Both the position numbers and the translations under genes were made by a program. Below are positions 33,001 to 45,325 of a stretch of 64,000 nt of DNA, piece after piece. Source of the stretch: Eukaryota sp. TZLM1-RC (Eukaryota; Protista; Metamonada: BaSk clade); assembly GCA_040285825.1 (NCBI GenBank), contig JAUPSS010000007.1:2330689-2394688 (forward strand). Reading direction: 5' to 3'. The first letter of the stretch is position 1. Every line of letters begins with the position of its first letter. A model generated the notes under the pieces. The model had not been told where the DNA came from. It made no database searches and saw only the letters and a list, made by a program, of their open reading frames with translations.

Positions 33001-36000
33001 CAATAATGACTGGATCTCCCTCAGAAATGGCACGTTCTAGCACATCCATATATTTGTGTTGATTCAGGCGAATTACCCTGAGCTTGTCTCCCAAATGCTG
33101 TCTCAACCAAGAAGTTCCTTGGAGTTGGGGGTCAATGATCAAAGGCCATCGAGCACATGAACTGACGATAGAGGCATTCTCAACAGAAACAGTATCAGTA
33201 GGAAGACCTTCGTTCGACCAGCTGGCAATTTGAGCTTCATTAGTTAGAAGCAATAGAGGATCAGAGTTTTCAGAAAGTGGAATTTTAGAATCCTTCAAAA
33301 AAGGAAGCCAATGTTCCTCAACCAGAGATTTTCTAAAAGATCTATTAAAAGGACCGACATAGGAAACAAAAGCTGCAGCGAGCAAAACATCACCAACCAA
33401 GTTGACTTCACGTTGCTTTAACCAATCAACAGACTGAGACCAACGGACTTTTTCTGATGAAAGACCATTAACTAGTCTATTCGCCAGCTCTAACCGCTCC
33501 TGGGTCTTTTTAGCTGTAGCAATCACTTCATTCTTTTGGGCAGTGGCATCTTCAAATTGTTCTTGGAGAGCAGCAAGTCTTTTTTCCAGTTTAGCGACTC
33601 TGGATTTGACAGTAGCTAATTTAGACCTAGACTCATCAAGAGAGGCATTTGCTTCAGCTAATCTCTGTCTTTTGGGTTCAACTTCACAATGAATATCGTA
33701 AAACACAACCACATTCTTAGCCCATTCACAAATACCAGCAGCAGCAGCAGACTTTTTTGCAATAAAATCACCTGAAAAGTTCTCATCAGCCAGATAAGAA
33801 CGCACAGCAGCAAGAGCATTGGCAGGAATGTTCTCTTTATCGTAGTTTTTGAGCATTGACAAGAAAGCATCAACTTGGTTCATCGTCTTCTTTGCATTAT
33901 TCCAAGATAAATCCTTAGGAACAGGTCTACCTGGAGGTGTAAGTAGAATCATAACAACTTCCATGACCCTCGCTACATCCGGGGGAGGGGAGGCCATGGA
34001 CTTTAGTTCAGTGAGATTGGGTTTGTTGAGAGTGTCGAGAGCGGCTTCAGCAGCAGCTACTGCAGGCAATGCTCTTTCAAGGTCCTTTTCACAATCTTGT
34101 TGAACAATAGAAACATTGTACTCTTGTTGAGCACATTTCTCCGCTTCTTCATTAGCTACAGCCTGTTCTGCTTCCACAATTTCGGTTTCTTTTGCTACTT
34201 GTTCGAGTAGTTTGGCCGCAGCTTCCTTTTTACCTTCAACAACAACTTGCTGAGCTTCTAGATCAATCTTTAATTGATCGACATCAGATGACGTTTGTTG
34301 CAGCTTAATTAAACCAGATTCCAACCTATCAATAGTTTTCTGAATTTCAGTTTTCTTCTCTTTAAACATTGAGACGTAAACATCAATAAGCTCCAAAAAT
34401 GACTTTGGTGTGGTATAAGTATGTCTTCTTGCTACTGTCTTGAATTGTTCAGCCATTCCGTTGGCAGAAACGTGGGCATTAGCCATAAACTCAACAATAT
34501 CACTTACTACTTCCTCACTTCCCAAAGACAATCCTTCAGCTGAATTTAAACGATGAGCAGCCACAGAGACCAAAGCTTCTCTTGGCCATTTATGGAACCA
34601 ATCAATTGTAGTACAAGTGACAAGAGTGGGGAACTTTCTGCATCGTACACGTAGATTATCACCAACAGGAGAGAAACAAAGGACTAAATGGAGGTTATCT
34701 CGGACTCTGTTAATGAAAAAGTTCCAACAATTCTGCCTAGAATCAACCAAGCCCGCGCTCTTTACTTCATTCCTTACAGAGTCAAGAATTTGGTCAACTT
34801 CATCATCTGGGAAAAGACTGGGAATTTCGCCAGTTGAAAGCATATCATTGATAAAGACCAAGAACCTTTCGTCAACAATTTGGAAATCAGTCAATAAGAA
34901 CACAGTAGCAACATCTTTACACCCAGCTTGAAGGTACAAGGTTCTCAAGTCATTTAAAAAGTCTGCAACTCCATAACTTGAAGTAAGGGTAATCTGGAAA
35001 ACTTCCATTTCACTCATAAAAGCGGCCAATCTCGCCAAAGATTGCTTACCTGAACCTCCAACTCCAACCAAAAGAGCAGAACCTCTAGGTCTTTCTAACA
35101 CCCTCGAGATACGTAAAACATGTTCCATAGCGTCTTGGAAGAAAACCAAAGGCATTGGGGGTTTGACAGCTCCGTAATTGTCCAATGCTTCTTCTAATAG
35201 TTTCAACAAAGCTGAAGAACCTCCTGTAATTTCAGTGTAATTCTTGGAACTATCAGAAGACATAAACGAATACAAATGGGGAGATTCTAAAGCCGCTGTG
35301 GCATGATCCTCGATTAAGTTAACCGAAACAGTCTTCAAAAGCTGTTCAAACTTGGCCAAATCATCAAAATTAACCAACCTGTCACCATAGACACGTTGAA
35401 ACTCACAAACCAACAACCTAAATATTTGCCCAGGAGTTTTGTAGCTGTCTGGAGTGGTAGTGAGCAAACTGGACACTACACTAGATATATCACGAAGGTT
35501 AAATTGATAGTGGAACTTAATAGCAGTAGGTAGAAAAGAAAGAGACACTTTTTCGTGAACTCCCAAAATGTAATCGAGAATTTTATCAGATACTTTGACA
35601 ATTGTCTTTGAGAAAGGCTTCGAATCCAAGTGACCATTGATAATACATCTATAAATGTGTTCCAACGCACCTCTCGCTGGTGGGTTGATGCCAAACGTAG
35701 AAAAATGACGTTTGAGTCTAGGATTAACGTCAAAAGAACCAGCTGTTGGGTTCATAGAGGCCATTAACTGAACATTCTGAATAACTTTAAGAGAGAGCTT
35801 TTGCCGGTCGTAAAAATGAGAATAATCCAAGAATTGACGGAGTAAAGTAATTGGGGTTTGGGTTCCATATTCGTCGACATCAGGCATATTGAGATCATCA
35901 ACAAAGAACACCATCTTCTTAGTTCCAGGCGGCCCAAAGTTCTTTCCTGCTTTCCTTTCTAACTGAGATTCCATAATCCCTTGAAGAGTTGCTGCGTCGG

Positions 36001-37233
36001 TATAGTAGTTGAAATTTACCACCTTTGAATCCCAATCATCTTCATTAAGGTTAGCCAAGTAATTGTTTATAAGTAAAGTTTTACCGGTTCCAGCAGAGCC
36101 TACCAGCAACACTGGAAAATGTTTTGAAATTAACAAGTTCATCAAATACTCGATACGTGTGGTTTCGGCCGTTTGAACCAACATTGAATTAATATTTTGT
36201 TCTGGGTCAAATTCAAATGGAGCACTTAGTTCACTCCAAGATACCCATTCGACAAGCTTGCTCTCTTTGCCGGGAACACAAGCCCAATCAAAAACAGAAA
36301 GTTCATTAGGAAACTTTGCCATTCCTTGCAGTGCCTTGTACCATTCGGTTTTAAACCATTTATCAAAAACATCTCTAAAATTTTCAAGTGGGTCAACAAG
36401 TAACGCACCTCCAAATGCCCAAATGATAGCAAAAACGAAATAAGCCTCTAATAATTCAGTAGAAACTTGCGTATTTGTCACATCAATCTTAAAATGTTCA
36501 TAATGGCGATCTAATAAAGAACCAAGAATTCTGCACAAAGTGGACACCCTATTAATATCAGAAACATGGCAAACAAACTTATAATCAGTCCGTAGCTCAT
36601 CAAGGCATTTCTGCACCATCTTATCAAACAAAACCAACAAGTTACCATGTTCGTGTTTAGGTCTATTGTCTATCCACGACCTAACAAAGGGTGACCATCC
36701 AACGTCTGATTCATTGATGAAGAGGATACCAGCACGAGAGACTGTGGCTGGGGTAGCATACTTGAGGTGACCAATTTCAAAGAGGAGCCGCATTGAAGGT
36801 TTGAGAGGAATACGTTCATTAGATGCAAGTGTTAACACCTTGTTATCATCCATTACGGTGTTCATAGATTCAATCCAGCCAGGATCTGTGATGAGAGAAG
36901 TGAAGGCAAATGCATACCAATATCACCATCTAGAATAAGCCAACGAAGAGTTTCAGATTTTCCTTCAGGTTTGGAGGTTTGTACAGCCTTGAGTTGAGAG
37001 ATTATGTCATTCGTTTCAGATATGAGATCTGTCAAAGCACCTCTATCATTTGGAGATGGAGAGCTATGGTCTTTTGTGTGTTGTAGGGTAGATAAGATGT
37101 CTGACAAATCTTGAATTATGGTATTGAGTGCGGGGAGAATAGATGAAGAGTTACATGTATCAAGGAAGGAATGAACATCGGTCAATGCTAAGCGGACATC
37201 AGAGAGGAATTCACCAATGTTAGAAGCCTTCAT
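30080..37233 (-). CDS. Axonemal outer-arm beta-type dynein heavy chain, C-terminal half only (2373 aa; exons 37233-36918 and 36885-30080)
   Basis: Spliced junction WLILDGDI|DPGWIESMNTVMDDNKVLTLASNERI (AAA2); AAA3 GSAGTGKT, AAA4 GVGGSGKQS, stalk/MTBD, AAA5, AAA6, C-terminal domain; DNAH9/11/17-like signatures. No tail, linker or AAA1. Confidence 0.92.
36886..36917 (-). other. Spliceosomal intron, 32 nt
   Basis: GTATGC...TCTCATCACAG; removal restores the conserved DGDIDPxWIE motif. Confidence 0.92.
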
Positions 37234-37734
37234 TGATGTAGACTGTTCCTACAGCAAGGCGGAATTGAGGATATTTGGAAAAAATTAATATCGGAACCAA
37301 TATAGAACCATTTCCCATTTTCACTGTAGGAACGCTGCCCTGAAGAGAGAACAAACTCACGCATAAACTCATCTAAACGTTTTAGTTTCACTTCATTTCA
37401 TCTGAAGAAAAGTGTTGGTGAAAAATCATCGACTTTTTCTAACAGAATTGACTCAAAAAAGATTTAATTCAAAATTCAGTGGAATAAGATTTGTGATAAA
37501 GATCTAGTATTCTACATTATGGACTTCTCCAAACAGACTATTGAGGTGTTATGTCTTCTCCATACCATGCTTAATTCTGATTGACTCCAAAACCAAACTT
37601 ACATCATTTCGTCCATTGTTATGTATATTTGATCTACATAAGGGAATAATTTTCAAATATTAAAAATTTCTAAAATGGAATTAAATAGTTATTCATTACG
37701 GAGGGAAATTAGACACTTTCAACAACAACTAATT

Positions 37735-38880
37735 ACTTCCTCAAGAGAGAGGAATCTCCACCTACATTGTGGAACACTTGTTGAGCAAGAGAAAGTTCCT
37801 CAGCCTCAACCATTTTACCAAGACCTTTGTACAAACTGAAGACAATTCGATTAATTCAGAAATTCAACCTAAATAAAGACGCTTTTTAATGATGATGAAA
37901 TCATTAAATTCGTCCAACAACAAGGTTGCCTCAGGTCCTAATCGTCCATTCAAAGAAATTGCGAAATTATTGAATAACACAGTTGATTTAGATTTTGGAA
38001 ACTTATTCATTTTGAGTACTGAAGGATCAAAATGATTGTACTTGATTATTTCGTTACGAAATAATATTTTCATCACATTTTGATGTCCAAAGTTTGTATT
38101 ATCTGTTAGGTCAACTTTTCTAACATCACTGAATAGATCAATATTAATATTAAACGAAGAAACAACATCCAAGGTCATTTGTGGCAACAAATTGGCATGA
38201 AGATTTCAACATTACTTCAATTTTTGAACTTAAACCTGAATTACTGCACATCGACCACAAAGTATCTCTCATTCGATTGTGAGGGAATTCACGAAATTTT
38301 CCAAATTTGTTACAATTAAAATTACAAAGTAGCAAACTGTTCACATTTACACCTCAAACTTGTGTGACCAATATTGATAGGATATTTAAATGCATTTTCA
38401 TAACAAGTCCCCCAACATCATCTTCTAACTACATTCCAAATTTTCGTGGAGGTTGAATAATAGCAGAGTAACCAGCAGAAAAACCACAATGACTGGAAAC
38501 TTCTATTAAAAAACTTTATAACTCTTTATTTGCTGAATGTTGAAAAAGTAAATCAATCAAAGGTACTTCTGCTTCCATATCAGTAATTTTTTTCTGTAAA
38601 CTTACTACAGGCTTGGTTATCAAATCAAATGATCGAGCTTAAACTGTTTTTGAGAAATTTTTTGATGAAAAAGTCGTATTCAAATATCTGGAGGAAAGTC
38701 ATCAATTAGGTCTTGAAGGTCGTAGAAATCTTTAAGATTGGATTTTTTGACAAATGATAATCACAAGGCAGGAAAATGTTTGGAAAAACTCGAAAGAAAA
38801 TTCATCATTCCACCAATAAAAGCTGCTTTAACGATTATTCTTGCTTTTTGAAAACCAGCTCTACCATGTTTTGCACTTAA
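37735..38880 (-). mobile_element. Decayed RLE non-LTR retrotransposon 3' part; paralog of 61700-62880
   Basis: KAAFIGG..NCNKFG..HNRMRDTLWSMC..FAISLNGRLG; strong nucleotide similarity to 61700-62880. Confidence 0.8.
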
Positions 38881-39790
38881 AATGGATTTTCTTTTGTGTT
38901 TGATGGATCAATTCCAAAATGTTCGTCTTGACTCAACCAAAAATGATAATCCCGCTTTCGCAAATTTTTTGTTAGATGCCCAAAATAGTTCTTCTTCTTG
39001 TTTAATGTCTCAAATTCCTCAAATTTATGGTCTTCTTTTAGATGATACCGAATTTTCTTGTACAATGCGCCGTTGATGCTTCATTTGGCCGAAAAACGTC
39101 CCTCATAATTTGATTTGCAAATGTGGATCAAAAATTTCTCCAAATCATCTGTTTAATTCTAAACACTTTATTACTTTCCGATCAAAAGTCCATGATGCAG
39201 TTAGAGATCAACTCTATTGTATGTCTAAGTCAAACAGAATTGTCTCCTATTTAGCACCTTTACTCTCTCGTTTGGTTGATGTAGATACTTTGAATTCTTT
39301 TGGTCGTAATAGAGGTGATTTAATGCTTGAAAGTCTTGAAGGGACCACTATCATTACTGATGTAAGATCAACTGATGTGTGTAATAATTGTTTCATACCA
39401 TTAGCTCAGTCAAAACACAAAAATCCGCTCTCTGTTGCCGAAAATTCTAAAATTAATAAATTTTAAGCAGAGTTGCTATCCTTGAACGCTGAATCTCACA
39501 CTCATTATGTCCTTTAATCATTTGCTTTCTCCTTACTTGGTAAGCTTACCCCTTGCTTTATCTTTTTGAAATGATTTTTGCGAAATTGTGAAACAACGAA
39601 CAGGAAGAATTTTTGACAAAACATTTTGGCAGAACAGAATTGCAGTTTCAATTTTTAAAAGTGTCATCCCCTCATTGTGTTCTGATTTGCTATCTCTTGG
39701 TCGTTTTTATGAAGGAAAAACTTCACTCAATTCTTCTTGGCTGATTTGGCATATGAAGATTTAGATTTTAATTTGTGTTGTTTAGTTTCT
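38881..39790 (+). mobile_element. Decayed RLE non-LTR retrotransposon 3' part
   Basis: CKCG..HLFN..HDAVRDQLY..RGDL..TDVRSTD..ENSKINKF; ends YEDLDF. Confidence 0.85.
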
Positions 39791-40219
39791 CGATAAATTA
39801 AATGAAAGAAATTCCAAGTGAAGACAGTAAAATCACACGGATTAAATTTAATTTTTGAGTAATTGACAAAGATTTAAATACAGCTGAATTGAAAATAAAT
39901 CAGAATGTGTTCCGTATAACGTTTTTAGAAACATGAATAAATGAGGTTAAATTATATTCAGTAAGAGCATCCATTGACTGCAAATTTAGTCCAACTTTGT
40001 AGACAAAGAAGGAGAGAGACTTGATGACCAAATAGATATATATTGTTGTTTTCTAAAAAAAAATAATGGGATCTTAAAATTTATACACTAAAAAAATAAG
40101 CAAATTTAAAAATTAATCATAAAGACCATTTCTGTTCATGTTGTAATGGAGGATGTCTGATTGACAAAATTTATCGGAAATTCTTGAACTTTTAAGGTAT
40201 GCATACTACTATTTTGTAA

Positions 40220-40292
40220 GCTTCTTTAGCGCAGTAGGTAGCGCGCAACACTCATAATGTTGAGGTCGTGAGTTCGATCCTCACAAGAAGCA
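40220..40292 (+). tRNA. tRNA-Met(CAT), elongator type
   Basis: GCTTCTT/AAGAAGC acceptor stem, GCGC D-stem, CAACA-CTCATAA-TGTTG anticodon arm, GTGAG-TTCGATC-CTCAC T arm, followed by T5 terminator. Confidence 0.97.
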
Positions 40293-40909
40293 ATTTTTCA
40301 TACAATTGATTATTATAGAGGATGGGACACTCTATCATCTTCCATGATATACCAGAATTAACAACACAAGTTTGTTGGACTTGTGCTGTCTCCAGCATAA
40401 GGTCATTCTTGGGAAAATGTACATGTAACCCATGTAATGAACAAAATGCCGATTTATTTTTATCTTTTAGTACGGACTTTGAACAGCATAAAGTTACTAC
40501 AAACGAATCAAAGATAAAGGCTCTGTTGCCAAAGGCACAAGTTAACGTTGCAATAGAAAAGGGTTTATCGAAGAACATAACAAAGAAAACAACTTGGCAT
40601 CAGCTCCAGAAAAAGAAAATTCCACTTGAGGGGAAGGGAGAATTGTTGAGATAGCTGAATGGGAAGAGAACAAGAGGTAAAGGAAGGAGAAGGAAACTGA
40701 AAAAAAAACATAGAGTTTAGACGGAGTAACAGCGACCAAAAGAGCTAGAGGGTAAATTGAGCTGATGTTGATGACCACTAATAGAGATACATTGGATAGA
40801 CATTTGATGCCATTGTGTAAATTAGCAATCAATTTGAAATTGCAATCAGCATGTCAGACATCGTGTCAGACAGCGAGATTATCTTGACTCTTCCCATTCT
40901 TCTAACATC

Positions 40910-42671
40910 ATGCAGCGAAACAAGAAAAAGGATAACGAGGTTACGGACCCGGTTCCCACCTCCTCCTTCAACCTGTTCTTCACAGAACAGCAGAGTACTT
41001 CCTCCCGAACTCCTCAGTCGGGAACAGTAATCCTGCTTTACAGGAATAAACGGAAGGTCAGAGGGAATATTTCAGACCTTCTGAATGATGAATTTTTCGA
41101 TTTATGTGAAAAACATGATATAAGAAATAATGAACTTAGAGACATAATTGAAGGTCTTATTGAACCATTTCTGACGAGAATTTAGTTGATAATATATTTC
41201 CAGTGGATATTCATTTTCTTGCAGACACTGTTGAAAAAGATCCTCAAATATTCCTATCCCCAGCAATTACAATTGCCCTATATATCTCCAGTAGAGAGAA
41301 AAAACCTTATCATATTTCTCCTGTTTCAACCACTGTAGGCCCTGGATATTTTCCCATTGATACAAGAACAATATGGACAATTATTAGACAAACATTGATG
41401 GACGATTTGTTGCCTGATCAGAGATTAAAAATGTCCAATACATTAGCCCAAATTACGAAATTCAAACCACCTCAGCAATTTGACTTTTGGTCTAATATTC
41501 TCGATTTAAACCAGCCAATGTTCAAACAGAAGAGCTATAAATTCAACAAGATTATTCACACAGATGGATTTAATATTGCAGTAGAATTTGTCCGTCGGGA
41601 TTTACAAGGTCAGAAATGTAAGCCAGACAATAAGGCCAGTATTTCTGATTTATATATTCATGATGTTGATGTTGATGCTTTTCAACACAAACGAATTGTT
41701 GTTTGTGATCCTGGAAAACGTGATTTATTGTATTTTGGGAGTAAAAAGACTGATGAAGAACTAGCCATGGTTCCTCAGAATGAAACCGAACAGCAAAGAA
41801 ATAGTCGGGTGATGAATCAAGACAAGAAGTACAAATGGTTAAGAATGACTCAGATGTCCTGGTCTTTGAAAAGTAAGATGAATGAAAAGCAAAAACGATG
41901 GGCGACAAAGTATACTGAGGTAAATTACGACAGGAACCAGATGATAGAGTCTTACGAAATGACAATCGAAGATGCAAACACTGAATTATCTGCGTTTGCT
42001 ACCAATTCAGCTACTTTTATAGATTTTTCCAACTTTGTAAATGCCAAACTTCGGCAAGTTTTTTTGACAATTGACTTTTATAGTCTTGACTTGTGGAGCA
42101 TTCATAAAATGCAAGCTTTTATTCACAAGCAAAAGACTGAAAGTTGGTTGTTAAAAAGCCTTGTTCAGCAGTTTGGCAATCCGAAAGACACTTTAATACT
42201 AATGGGTGATTATGGTAAAAAAGGTTCCAAGAATTTGAAACATCAGAGACCTACTAGAGGAATTGGATGGATTCAATTTCTGAAAAGAAATGGATTTGAA
42301 GTATTGATGATTAATGAAGCTTTCACTTCAGCAAAATGTTCTGTTTGTTTTGAAAAGGTTGCTACGTTTTTGACAGTAACAAATCCCAGATTGTATAGAA
42401 GAGAAAAGAATCCTGTTACTACATGCCATGGTTTATTAGATTGTAATAGTGAGTGTTGCAATCTCAGTAACAAAGGCTCAACAGAGCTTTTCAATAGAAA
42501 TAAGCTGGCTTGTCTGAATATGTTTGCAATTGCTGAAGCTAGAATGAGTGGTAATGAAAGGCCTCAGTGTCTGTGTAGATAGTTTTTGTAATTATTCCAC
42601 ACGAAAATTGATCGTGTATTTATGGGAATTTCGCACTTCCAAAAAACTCAGACCTTGCAATATCTATAAGA
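40910..42671 (+). mobile_element. Fanzor1 element, family B; ORF 40910..42582 with one frameshift near 41170
   Basis: IHTDGFNI, RuvC-I VVCDPGKRDLLYF, ILMGDY, RuvC-II MINEAFTSAKCSVC, CHGLLDC, RuvC-III region FNRNKLACLNM, RPQCLCR; ends at DDI1 ATG. Confidence 0.9.
42576..42671 (+). ncRNA. Candidate Fanzor omegaRNA scaffold / right end (family B)
   Basis: Nested complementarity: TAGATA 42576/TATCTA 42661, GTTTTT 42582/AAAAAC 42642, ATTCC/GGAAT, ACACGA 42599/TCGTGT 42612. Confidence 0.55.
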
Positions 42672-43819
42672 ATGAAGATAATCATCCAGCATACACAGAA
42701 CACCTTTTCACTTGATGTCGATCCAGACGATACTATCGATACCGTGAAGTGTCTTATTGAAGTGACAGCATCGATTCCATTAGCTGACCAATGGCTTTTC
42801 CTTGGTCCCACAGAACTTCATAATCACCAACATCTATCACAATTGGACATCTCAAACGACACTGTTTTATCACTTTTTGTTTCCAAATCACTGGATCAAG
42901 CCCCCGTTTCCTCTCCTGATGAGTTTTACTTGTTCCTCCAAGCCAACACCATGGCTCTGCGGCAACTATCACATCAAAAACCCCAACTCTATCAAGCTTT
43001 TCAGCAAGGCAAATCTGCATTCAGACAGGCCGTGATGCATGAACGGATAACGCAGGTTAGCAACTATCTTGCCCAATCAGGTACACTTCCCACAACGTCA
43101 GAAGAAGTTCAAAGACGTCAATTAATAGATGAACAAAGAAGAAATATGTATGAACATCACCCAGAATGTATTTGCTTCTTGCCTCACTAACTCCAGCATT
43201 CATTAGAGTCCACATGCTGTATGTAAGAGGTTTCATCAATGATGTAGAATTGCCTCTATTCTTGGACACTGGTGCCCAACAATCTGTTTTTTCAAAGAAG
43301 TCTGCTGAAGAATGCAACATTATGCAGTGGCTGGATACGGCATTCAAGGGAGTTGCTGTGGGTGTAGGGAGTAGGAATATATTAGGTAGAGTTCATGCGG
43401 TTTCAGTCAGAATTGGAAACTCTTTTTTTGACCATTCGCTTACAATATTGGATTTGGATAGACCTTTAATGATTATTGGTTTAGACTTTATGCTCCACCA
43501 TCAAGCTGTTATAGACTTGAAGGAGAAAGTTTTTAGAATTGGTGATGAAAGCATAGGGTTTCTCAATGAATCTCAAGTGGAGGATCGTTATAAAATGGAC
43601 AAGGCAAGTGTTTCACAAACTGCCCAAGAAGCTCAGCCAAAGAACCATCAGCCAAGTGTCGCACCCGGCGCACCTTTTGAGATGAGAGAACCACCGAAAG
43701 AGAAAGTGAAAGAGTTGGTTCAGTTGGGTGTACCAGAGAATAGGGCAAAACTGTTGTTGGTAGAGACTGGTGGTAATGTTGAATTGGCAGCACAAGTGTT
43801 TTTTTCAGAACAACAATAA
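42672..43819 (+). CDS. DDI1: DNA damage-inducible protein 1 (UBL + retroviral-like aspartyl protease + UBA); intron 43168-43196
   Basis: N-terminal ubiquitin-like MKIIIQ..; HPE|SFIRVHMLY after splicing; FLDTGAQQS; GVAVGVG..ILGRVH; C-terminal UBA GGNVELAA. Confidence 0.95.
43168..43196 (+). other. Spliceosomal intron, 29 nt
   Basis: GTATTT...CACTAACTCCAG; restores the PESF motif. Confidence 0.92.
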
Positions 43820-44247
43820 AAATTTGTACAGAATGGTTTTTTAAAGGTCACCGTGTTAAACTTTTCAGTCCAAATGAAACAGTTTTCACTGTTTTTTAAG
43901 ACTTTTTCTACTCTCTTTTTCCAAAACAATGAATTATTAGAAGCCTTAGACTCTATAAATTTAGTTACAGAAACTGGTGGCCAAAATTGAAAAATCCCAA
44001 AGTTTTTACAATACGAAAATGGTTTAATAATTATAAATACTGCCTTCCAGAAGCTTGTTAAACAAGGGAAGTATTTTAGTTTCAAAAGCATGGTGTAATC
44101 AATCAATTGACTAGCGGAAACTCATGAAGCTGCATCCGTTCATTAAATCAATTTATTAACAAAAAAATAGCTAAAACATCATAAAATCTGAAATGACCAT
44201 TTCAAAAGAAAAAAAGACTAATAACGGTTTAAATACACAAAAAACAA

Positions 44248-44862
44248 TTAATTAGAAACCTCGGGAACCTCTCCCCTTTCCTTCTTTTTCCAATAATCCT
44301 CTTGAATGGCAAACAATTCATCCTGTATCTGTGGAGAAGCACTTTTCATATGAATAAAATTACAATATCCACCCCGATTACAACCGTCCTTTTCGTTCTG
44401 GCGGCAACGAGCTTCTCTAAAGTCAGAGACAGGGGAAAACTCTGCAACAATGGGTCGTTGGTTATACCATCTTCCTTGTACAGCTTCCAAGGCAGCAGCG
44501 GCCTCGTCCTCGTCCGAGAACTTGACAAAAGTGTTGCCAACCATGTGGTCGCATATATTGTCTACCACACTGACAGCTTCTACCTTACCGTACTTGGTAA
44601 ACTCTAGAAAGATGTCTTCGTAAAACTCATCAAAGTGACGTTGGTCTTGTGCACGAAGGTTGGGGTCGACTTTGGGTGTGTCTGTGCGCTTTGCCTTTGG
44701 GTTCATATACAAATGAGAGAAAAGGATGGTTTGAGAAAAGCTTGGTTTGTGATGCATACGAGAGCAAGATTCACCATGTCTACAAGCGCCTATTTTAGCA
44801 TAGAAAGGGCAGTTGACCTTATCCTTTTCAGTAGCGTATGTTCTAGCAAGAGAATCTGCCAT
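44248..44862 (-). CDS. U2AF1: Splicing factor U2AF small subunit (204 aa)
   Basis: TEKDKVNCPFYAKIGACRHG (CCCH), UHM domain, SPVSDFREARCRQ..CNRGGYCNFIH. Confidence 0.96.
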   Translation of the reverse strand: MADSLARTYATEKDKVNCPFYAKIGACRHGESCSRMHHKPSFSQTILFSHLYMNPKAKRTDTPKVDPNLRAQDQRHFDEFYEDIFLEFTKYGKVEAVSVVDNICDHMVGNTFVKFSDEDEAAAALEAVQGRWYNQRPIVAEFSPVSDFREARCRQNEKDGCNRGGYCNFIHMKSASPQIQDELFAIQEDYWKKKERGEVPEVSN

Positions 44863-45325
44863 GCTGAGAGATTGTGGTAATGGAAAGTGACAATGATACT
44901 GCAATTGTACAAATTTCACTTATCATGCATTCCCATGTGTTTTCAACTTTCTCAATGTCTACTCACAGGCTGTAAAAGACTTGTAGCGTCATTTGACAAA
45001 GACAATCATGATCTTCATCGATGGGCTACGTCACTCAAATACACCTTCTGCTTTCACAGAACAAAGCCTCGCGACTTGATGTATCTAAGTGGATCTTTTA
45101 AATGCTACTAAATTATTTCAGATGAGTTTCAACAGTTTTTAACAAAAATTAACAATAAAGTAAAAAACTCAAAATAAGATACAAGTTTTTCAAAAGTTTT
45201 AGTTTCTGTAGGCTCAGGTTCCTCGTTCATCTTTTCAGCAGAGCTTCTGGGCAAATGTATCTTTCCGGCCACATTCCGCTTTCTGCTTAATTCGAACATT
45301 TTTTGCAGCGGAATTTTTTCTGTCA

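Noticed and set aside
30178-36443. Numerous short antisense/alternate-frame ORFs over dynein and other long genes
   Set aside because: Shadow ORFs of real coding sequence with no recognisable motifs
37234-37320. Possible orphan (trans-)splice acceptor CCTTGCTGTAG in frame 15 nt upstream of the dynein leader ATG
   Set aside because: It lacks the A at -7 found in all seven real introns and no matching GTWTG donor lies about 30 nt upstream; cannot be supported without cDNA
44863-44880. CAATCTCT-CAGC upstream of the U2AF1 ATG resembling the Fanzor end motif
   Set aside because: One mismatch, wrong spacing (N4), and no Fanzor sequence upstream
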